DNA of 64,000 nt from positions 128,001 to 192,000 of the forward strand of contig JANVYQ010000003.1 in assembly GCA_030059675.1 (NCBI GenBank), given 5' to 3'. The DNA comes from Candidatus Pelearchaeum maunauluense (GTDB taxonomy: Archaea > Thermoproteota > Nitrososphaeria_A > Caldarchaeales > Caldarchaeaceae). The notes beneath the pieces are model-generated. The model saw nothing but the letters and a program-made list of their open reading frames with translations. It did not search any database and was not told the origin of the DNA. This document shows positions 57,653-64,000 of the stretch, piece by piece; within the stretch, counting starts at the first letter, position 1, and each line of letters opens with the position of its first letter. The position numbers were made by a program, and so were the translations under genes.

Positions 57653-59491
57653 GTGAGGACTCCGTTATGGCTTGGGGATGACTCTTTAAATCGTGGTCTG
57701 GGTGGTTTGGCCGATAGGAGTGAGAAACGGGCCTTGCAGACGCATGGGGAGGGGCATACGCCTAGGACGTTCATCCGTGAGGTGGTTCTAGAGAACTTCA
57801 TGTCGCATGAATACTCTAGAATCCCGTTTACGCGGGGGCTGAACGTCATAGTAGGCCCAAACGGCGCTGGAAAATCATCAATACTGCTGGGGATTTCCGT
57901 AGCGTTGGGGCAGAGCTACACGGAGAGGGGTGAGAGGCTCAGCGACCTGGTTAAACGCGGCAGCGAAGCAGCCCGCGTAGCGGTTGTTCTAGACAACACA
58001 CCAATAAACGGAAAACGCCCAATACCCCAATACTCAACAGACACGGTAACTATTACGCGATTCCTAAAGAAGAACGGCGACTACTGGCAATACATAAACA
58101 ACAGGTTTAAGCCGAAGGCTGAGGTTGAGCATTTCCTAAGCCAAATAGGAATTAACCCGAACAATATGCTGATAATAATGCACCAGAACATGATTGAACA
58201 GTTTGTTGTGCGTGATAGTCGCGAGAAGCTTTTGCTTATTGAGGAGGCTGTGGGCGCTAGTGGTCTTAGGCAGAGAATTCGCGAGGCTGAGTCTAAGCTC
58301 GCAGCGCTGGCTGCTGAGGAGAAGGTTCTGAAGAAGACGCTGGATGACGCGCGTGCTGCTGTAGAATTCTGGCGTGAGGAGTATGAGAAGCTCACGATAC
58401 TTAGGCGGCTTAACCAGCGTAAGGATGAGCTGGAGCGCGAGTATCTATGGGCGTTGGTGAATGAGGCAAAGAAATCACGTGAGCGTGTTGAGTCCACGAT
58501 TCGGGGAATACAGCAACAATTGGAGGAGACAGCCCGCGAGGCTGAAGAAACGGACTTGAAGGTTAGGGGGGTTAGGGAGAAGATAACAAGCCTCTTTGAT
58601 GCAGCGCTCTCAGGCGGCGAAGACCTACGTGGAAAGCTTGCCGCGCTGCTTGATGAGCTGATAGATAACGCGTCCCTAAGCGGAGCGCTTAGGCAGAAGC
58701 TCAAGACAGCTGAGCAGGAGCTGAAAAGCCTCCGCTATGAGCTGCTCCAGATAGAGAAAGAGCTTCAGGAACGTGTGGAGAATGCTGAGAAACGCGGCCC
58801 GCGTGTAGAGACCTCTAGACGCCATCAAGAAATATACGAGGACATAAAGTCGGTGATGATACAGATAGCTGGGATGGGCAAAGTAACGCCAGAGGCTGAG
58901 GATATGTTTCTGCTGGCTGAGTCCAAGTATCGGGAGACGGAGCTTAAGGCTGGGGAGGTGTCTGAGAACGTGCGACGCGCTCTTGAGGAGGTGGAGTATC
59001 GTAAGGAGGTCTGGAGGAGGTTTCTACGCGAGTTAATAGCTGATGTGGAGCCCCAGTATGATAGCATTCTAAGCAAGGTAGGTGGCCGTGGAAGGATTGA
59101 GTTGAAGAATCTTGACGACGTAGATAGGGCTTCCATAGAGCTGTATGCTGGCTTCAGGGGCGCTGAGCCTACACTTCTGGATGGGCATAGCCAGAGCGGT
59201 GGTGAGCGTATAGTCGCTACGATGGCTTTCCTACTGGCTCTTCAGCGGCATGTGAAGTCGCCATTCAGGGCTGTGGATGAGTTTGACGTGCATCTAGACC
59301 CGCTGAACCGCGAGCGTATAATACGTCTCCTCACAGAGACGGCGCGGGAAGATTCGTCGGCACAGTATATCATCATAACGCCTGGAAAGGTCTCCTTCAC
59401 CGAGGATATGAACGTGGTCATAGTGCAGAACGTCTCTGGACGCTCATCGGTAGGCGTTGGTAAGGCTGAGAAGGTGGCTGCCGATGCCTAA
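57653..59491 (+). CDS. Short SMC-family ATPase, Smc5/6- or ClsN-like
   Basis: LENFMSH, Walker A GPNGAGKSS, Q-loop MHQN, coiled coils, signature QSGGE, Walker B/D-loop VDEFDVHLD, IITP; likely start is the TTG at 57707. Confidence 0.92.
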   Translation: MRTPLWLGDDSLNRGLGGLADRSEKRALQTHGEGHTPRTFIREVVLENFMSHEYSRIPFTRGLNVIVGPNGAGKSSILLGISVALGQSYTERGERLSDLVKRGSEAARVAVVLDNTPINGKRPIPQYSTDTVTITRFLKKNGDYWQYINNRFKPKAEVEHFLSQIGINPNNMLIIMHQNMIEQFVVRDSREKLLLIEEAVGASGLRQRIREAESKLAALAAEEKVLKKTLDDARAAVEFWREEYEKLTILRRLNQRKDELEREYLWALVNEAKKSRERVESTIRGIQQQLEETAREAEETDLKVRGVREKITSLFDAALSGGEDLRGKLAALLDELIDNASLSGALRQKLKTAEQELKSLRYELLQIEKELQERVENAEKRGPRVETSRRHQEIYEDIKSVMIQIAGMGKVTPEAEDMFLLAESKYRETELKAGEVSENVRRALEEVEYRKEVWRRFLRELIADVEPQYDSILSKVGGRGRIELKNLDDVDRASIELYAGFRGAEPTLLDGHSQSGGERIVATMAFLLALQRHVKSPFRAVDEFDVHLDPLNRERIIRLLTETAREDSSAQYIIITPGKVSFTEDMNVVIVQNVSGRSSVGVGKAEKVAADA

Positions 59492-60260
59492 CAAGCAGAG
59501 AACAATAACGCGGGAGGAGTTGCTTAGAATAATACAGCTATGCGAGTCCGTGGAGAAGTCTGGTATAGACCCCTTCACGGTTAATGTTAGGGAGCTGCTT
59601 CAGAAGCTGCGCTCAATCTTGGAATCTTCCAGGGATTTGGAGACCGTAGTGCTGGATGCGGAGACACTCTACAGGGTTGCGTTGGTTATCGCCTTACAGC
59701 ACCGCTGGCTTCTGGAGAAGGCCTCAAATCTATTCGTGGATGCCCAGATTATAGCGGCTAGAATACTAGCCGCCGATAAACGCGCTTTGGCGAGCTGTCT
59801 AGCTAGGAGCTGGCGGCCTATAGTGAGCGGAGAGCAGCTCACGAAGAGGATGTTCATAGCTGGGCTTGAGTATTTCCTCAGCCTGCCGCCCAGGGCTGGG
59901 CGTGAGCGGAGGCTACTGCTCGGAGCTGGCGAGGAGCTTCAGATAGATGAAGAAGGGCTGCTTGACAGGTTTCGTCAGCGTGATGTCCTTGAGAGCGAGA
60001 TAAGAAACATGCATAGAGAGCTTCTGGAGAGGCGCGAGGATGATGGCGGGCTGGATTATTGGTCGTTCATCTCGCTTGAGGGCGATGAGCGGCGTGTTGA
60101 GAGGGCTTACGTCCTCGCGTTCATAGTTAGCGAAGGACTGGCGGAGATAAAGAGGAATCCTATAACTGGTGAGGTGCGCATATACCCGTTGGAGAGTAAG
60201 ATTGAGAGGAGCAACCCGACATCTCTGGCTATAGCTGTAAGAGGCAGGGAAGGGATTTGA
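59457..60260 (+). CDS. Kleisin-like protein (ScpA/Nse4-like)
   Basis: N-terminal IDPFTVNV helical domain; C-terminal winged helix LDYWSFI...RVERAYVLAFIVSEGLAEI; ATG at 59484 overlaps the SMC stop. Confidence 0.7.
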   Translation: MVRLRRWLPMPNKQRTITREELLRIIQLCESVEKSGIDPFTVNVRELLQKLRSILESSRDLETVVLDAETLYRVALVIALQHRWLLEKASNLFVDAQIIAARILAADKRALASCLARSWRPIVSGEQLTKRMFIAGLEYFLSLPPRAGRERRLLLGAGEELQIDEEGLLDRFRQRDVLESEIRNMHRELLERREDDGGLDYWSFISLEGDERRVERAYVLAFIVSEGLAEIKRNPITGEVRIYPLESKIERSNPTSLAIAVRGREGI

Positions 60261-60886
60261 GTATGGGTGAGTCTGAGCAGAGCAAGGCTGGCCGTAGGCT
60301 CGCCATAGCTACTGCCATGCTTCTCTTCTCCAGCCACCGCCTCCCTGGGGTTAGGGGCTACGAGCTACGCCGCCGCCTTGGAAAAAACTACCTAAAGATA
60401 ATAGACACGCTCAACCATAGGCTTAGCCCACTAGGACTCAGGGTTAAGGTTGTTTTTGAGGGAGACAATGAACAGCCGTCGGAGGAGGATTTTGACAAGG
60501 CGCGTTTCTTCATAACACTAAGCGAGCCTCTATCCCTCTCAGACATAGTTGCCGCTGGCTGGAGGATTGACGACCTAGCAATACTATCAGCAACTCTTGC
60601 CTATCTCTTCTCGCGGGGTGGAAAGGCGCATCAGAACGAGGTTACGGAGCTTCTGGAGGCCAAGTTCCCAAAGTGGCGTATAGAGTCTGCGATGGAGCGC
60701 TTCACCAGACGCGGCTACCTACACAAAGACGAGGACAACATGATATACATAGGCTGTAGAACATTCGCGGAGGTTGACCAGAAAGAGCTGGTTAAAGCGA
60801 TAACCGAGATAAGCCCAGAGCTGGCTGGGACAAACCAAGGCTCTACTGAAACATCTTCTGGAGAGCCTCCTTCTCCCTCTCCATAA
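60257..60886 (+). CDS. Kite-like tandem winged-helix protein (Nse1/Nse3/ScpB-like)
   Basis: IIDTLNHRLSPLGLRV (WH-A) and MERFTRRGYL...IYIGCRTFAEV (WH-B); overlaps the kleisin stop. Confidence 0.7.
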   Translation: MSMGESEQSKAGRRLAIATAMLLFSSHRLPGVRGYELRRRLGKNYLKIIDTLNHRLSPLGLRVKVVFEGDNEQPSEEDFDKARFFITLSEPLSLSDIVAAGWRIDDLAILSATLAYLFSRGGKAHQNEVTELLEAKFPKWRIESAMERFTRRGYLHKDEDNMIYIGCRTFAEVDQKELVKAITEISPELAGTNQGSTETSSGEPPSPSP

Positions 60887-63719
60887 TAAGCTCAACAAGC
60901 CTAACCCCAAGTGAGCTCTCTTTCTCAAGTATCTCCTCTGCGGTTTTCGTGTCTATGTATTTGCTCGCCAGTACGAATGCCGCTGCCTTGCCATATTTCT
61001 CCACGAGCTTCGCTGTCTTTATCGCTTCGCGCCGTAGTTCCTTCTCTTTCCTGTTTATCGGCTTCCCGCGCCTCGCTACCAGGCCATAAACTTCCTCCTG
61101 CTCCGCTTTTAGCGCCCCCAGCGAACGTGAGCCACAGACCGGGCATGTGGGAGTGTTGCTAATATCCTTAACAGCTAGGCGCTCCAGATACTCAAAACAA
61201 GACGTGCATACGAGCGTTAGCGGCTCGTTGTTAAGCCTCCCCCTAACGGCATTCGCCACCAGCCTGTGTATCCTATCAGAGGATATAACGTCAATATCAT
61301 ATTCATGTCGTTGTAGCGTTAGCCTGGCTAGTGGGGACGGGCTCTCGGCCAGCCGCGCAGTATGGAGGGAAACCAGACCCTCCTCAATCCTCCTAAGGAG
61401 CATTAGGGCAGACTCGCTGTCAAAGTCTTCAAACAGGGTGTATTTGAGAGCCTCCTCATAAACCGCTGTTCCCTTCAGAGTTTCAACCAGCTTCTCGGCG
61501 CTTATGTCCAGTATGCTCGCCTCTCTGCTTATCACACCCATCTTACGCGCAGCATGAACAAGCCTACGCTTGAAGAGGCTTGATGCCTCCACAGCAGACC
61601 TTACATAGCCATGAAAATCTCCTACGGCTAGCGTGTGGAGTAGCTCTCTAACCATCTCGGCGTTTATATGCCTAGACTTGAAGATTATACGGTAAGCATC
61701 TTGCTGCAAGCCTATGGGGGCGCCTACCCTTCTTGAGAGCTCATAACCCACCACGCGCGCTATCGTCCTATTAACGCGCAAGCCGCCGTGTATATGTAGG
61801 ATGACGTAGTCGTAGGTCTCCTCTATCAGGACGCTCCTATCGCTTGGCACGGGTATTCCCATCTTGATATGCTCCCTAACTTCCCGCAGGCTTTTCTCTA
61901 GGAGAGCCGTGTCTGTCTTATACTCGCGGGCAAGTTCCTCTAGTATCGTATTCTCATCACCCCTGATGTATGCTTCGGCGTATCTCCTCCTTATCCTGCC
62001 CACCTCCTCAGCGACCTCCAGGGGAACTGGTATCTCATCCCCAACCCATGACGGAACAGCTCCCTCTAGGCTATCCAGCGGCGAGACGTAGATTCTCTCA
62101 CCAGCAGCGTGGATTATCTCCCAAGCCTTTCCCATCAGGATGAACCTAGAGCCAGGCTCGCCATGCTCAGCCACGAACTCCTCATCAAGTATCCCAACAG
62201 GCTCCCCAGTAGATTCGGAGACGACCAGGTATTGCCTCTCCTCTGGAATCATGGAGAGATTCCCAAAATAGTAGTTATACAGCTCGGACTGTTTCGCTGG
62301 CCGTGTTATTGTCCTGCTCTCCGCCTGCCAGCCAGCTATCTCTATACTACTCATGTGTTGAACAACCTTAGTAACGTCCTCCTCACTCAACTCCTCAAAG
62401 CAGTATGAGCGTCTGAATATGCGCAGAACATCATCTACCGTAATGCTTCCCCGCTCTATTAACAGCCCTGCTATCTGATGCATGAGCACGTCGTAGCTGT
62501 TTTTAGGAGTCCTCACCTGCTCTATCTCATCACTGTAGGCGCGGCGCGCTATTACGAGAGCTTCAAGAGCATCATCCGAGTCCATTACTATTACTACACC
62601 CCTGGCCAGGCCGCCTATCCTATGGCCGCTTCTACCTACGCGCTGGACTAGACGCGTAACCTCGCGCGGCGAGTTATACTGTATGCATAGCTCTATACGT
62701 CCAACGTCAATACCCATCTCCAGAGACGAGGTGCATACTACGCCTATCAGCTTCCCAGTCTTAAGAGCCTGCTCGGCGCCTATCCGTGTTGGCCTAGCTA
62801 GAGAGCCGTGGTGGATGCCTATTGAAACGTTCTCGTCCCACGCCCTAAACCTGTTGGTGAGAATCTCTGCCAGCGGCCTTGTGTTTGTGAAGATTAGCGT
62901 TGATTCATGCTGCTCCACGAGGCGGCGTATGGTGCTTAGCCTGGCCGCCACGTCGGGCAGTATTGAGAGCTGCTCTGCTAGAGTGTAGTCGCCGCTACTC
63001 GGCTCTGGATAAGCTACCTGTATTGAGAGGCTTCGCGCAACAGGCACGCGTACAATCTCGCATTTCCTTCCACTACCAACCAAGAAACGCGCCACAATCT
63101 CAGGACTCCCCACGGTGGCGGAGAGGCCTATCCTCTGATAGGGTTTCCCAACAATCTCTTCAAGCCTCTCCAAACCTAACGAGAGCTGCACACCCCGCTT
63201 ATCTGTCGCAAGCTCATGAACTTCATCCACAACCACATATTCAACGAACCGTAGATACTGTCTGAGTATTCTTGCCGTTAGCAGTATCTGGAGCGTCTCT
63301 GGAGTTGTTATCAATATGTCTGGAGGCTGGAGAGTTTGTATCCGCCTCTCTCGCGCGAGTGTGTCGCCGTGTCTTATGGCTACGCTCATGTCAAGCCTGC
63401 TAGCCCACCACTCTATCCTATCGGAGAGGTCGCGGTTAAGCGCCCTCAGGGGGGTTATGTAGAGAAGCCTGACACCACGCCGCTCGCCGCTCAGCACCAT
63501 CTTACTCAGCGCAGGCAGGAGAGCGGCTTCGGTCTTCCCAGTCCCAGTAGGAGCCATGAGCAGCAAGTTATCGCCGCGTAAGATTATGGGTATGCTCTCA
63601 ATCTGGGGCTCCGTCAATACGCTAAACTTCTCGCTAAACGCCTCTCTAACAGGCTTAGCCAACATCTCAAGAATCTGCTGGCTCCGCAACCTAGTCCAGT
63701 CATCCATAACAGCCACCAA
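60843..63719 (-). CDS. lhr: Lhr-family SF2 helicase with C-terminal zinc ribbon
   Basis: APTGTGKT, TPLRAL, DEVH, LSAT, HHGS, QRVGRSGH, PSWVG; CTSC...CPVC. Confidence 0.94.
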   Translation of the reverse strand: MVAVMDDWTRLRSQQILEMLAKPVREAFSEKFSVLTEPQIESIPIILRGDNLLLMAPTGTGKTEAALLPALSKMVLSGERRGVRLLYITPLRALNRDLSDRIEWWASRLDMSVAIRHGDTLARERRIQTLQPPDILITTPETLQILLTARILRQYLRFVEYVVVDEVHELATDKRGVQLSLGLERLEEIVGKPYQRIGLSATVGSPEIVARFLVGSGRKCEIVRVPVARSLSIQVAYPEPSSGDYTLAEQLSILPDVAARLSTIRRLVEQHESTLIFTNTRPLAEILTNRFRAWDENVSIGIHHGSLARPTRIGAEQALKTGKLIGVVCTSSLEMGIDVGRIELCIQYNSPREVTRLVQRVGRSGHRIGGLARGVVIVMDSDDALEALVIARRAYSDEIEQVRTPKNSYDVLMHQIAGLLIERGSITVDDVLRIFRRSYCFEELSEEDVTKVVQHMSSIEIAGWQAESRTITRPAKQSELYNYYFGNLSMIPEERQYLVVSESTGEPVGILDEEFVAEHGEPGSRFILMGKAWEIIHAAGERIYVSPLDSLEGAVPSWVGDEIPVPLEVAEEVGRIRRRYAEAYIRGDENTILEELAREYKTDTALLEKSLREVREHIKMGIPVPSDRSVLIEETYDYVILHIHGGLRVNRTIARVVGYELSRRVGAPIGLQQDAYRIIFKSRHINAEMVRELLHTLAVGDFHGYVRSAVEASSLFKRRLVHAARKMGVISREASILDISAEKLVETLKGTAVYEEALKYTLFEDFDSESALMLLRRIEEGLVSLHTARLAESPSPLARLTLQRHEYDIDVISSDRIHRLVANAVRGRLNNEPLTLVCTSCFEYLERLAVKDISNTPTCPVCGSRSLGALKAEQEEVYGLVARRGKPINRKEKELRREAIKTAKLVEKYGKAAAFVLASKYIDTKTAEEILEKESSLGVRLVELIMEREKEALQKMFQ

Positions 63720-63730
63720 CTACGGCGCAG

Positions 63731-64000
63731 CTAACTCTCAATCTCCTCCAACTTCCTTCCACACATAGGGCAGTATATCGCCTCGCTTGGAGCAACACTC
63801 CCGCATTCTGGGCAGCTCTTCTGCTGAGGCACCTCCTCGGCACTGATTTCTTCTTGCTGAACAGCTTTAGGGCGGAGTAGAAACCCACCACCCGCGGCTA
63901 TGACAACGGTGAGCGCGGATAACATTATCCTAAAAACCACTATATCCTGCTGCGCGAGTGGGTTCCATAGCAATAATCCCTGCGTGAACGCTATCCCATG
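63731..64000 (-). CDS. Membrane-anchored protein with C-terminal zinc ribbon (5' end outside window)
   Basis: TM helix then CPECG...YCPMCG; frame appears open to the window edge. Confidence 0.75.
   Translation of the reverse strand, partial: HGIAFTQGLLLWNPLAQQDIVVFRIMLSALTVVIAAGGGFLLRPKAVQQEEISAEEVPQQKSCPECGSVAPSEAIYCPMCGRKLEEIES

Noticed and set aside
57653-59491. Calling the SMC-like ATPase Rad50, the missing partner of nurA-herA
   Set aside because: No CxxC zinc hook, no mre11 neighbour, D-loop DEFDVHLD rather than DEPT, and kleisin/kite-like genes follow
57653-60886. Wadjet (JetABCD) defence system
   Set aside because: No Toprim-type JetD gene, the SMC is far shorter than JetC, gene order differs and the context is core housekeeping
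1-64000. CRISPR arrays, rRNA genes, IS elements and box C/D sRNAs
   Set aside because: No regularly spaced repeats, rRNA-like tracts or transposase ORFs were seen; isolated TGATGA hits lacked properly spaced CTGA partners, and small RNAs could be missed by eye

Overview
A gene-dense ~64 kb stretch of an archaeal chromosome. PolB1, a CdvB/ESCRT-III paralogue, multi-intron tRNAs and a dispersed A-ATPase point to Thermoproteota, probably a Caldarchaeales ('Aigarchaeota')-like thermophile; this placement is an inference. Most of the window is housekeeping: polB1, fen, leuS, cdc48, pyk, hmgA, ftsY, aIF2 alpha/beta, aIF6, ribosomal proteins and 7 tRNA genes, three of them with BHB-type introns at non-canonical sites. 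The most notable locus is a three-gene operon at 57.7-60.9 kb. It encodes a short, apparently hinge-less Smc5/6/ClsN-like ATPase, an Nse4/ScpA-like kleisin and an Nse1/Nse3-like kite protein, convergent with an Lhr helicase. Other unusual items: a DtxR-controlled metal ABC importer whose binding protein is fused to the permease and lacks the canonical His ligands, next to DpsL; a nurA-herA-ogg-m5C methylase run with no mre11/rad50 beside three related winged-helix proteins; a CBS-HPF fusion (candidate ribosome hibernation factor); decayed islets at tRNA 3' ends, including a possible split-integrase N-fragment; an rps27e with only an ACG start; and an A/C-to-G/T strand-composition flip centred on the tRNA genes. 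No CRISPR array, rRNA or intact mobile element was seen. All calls come from reading motifs by eye, with no database searches.
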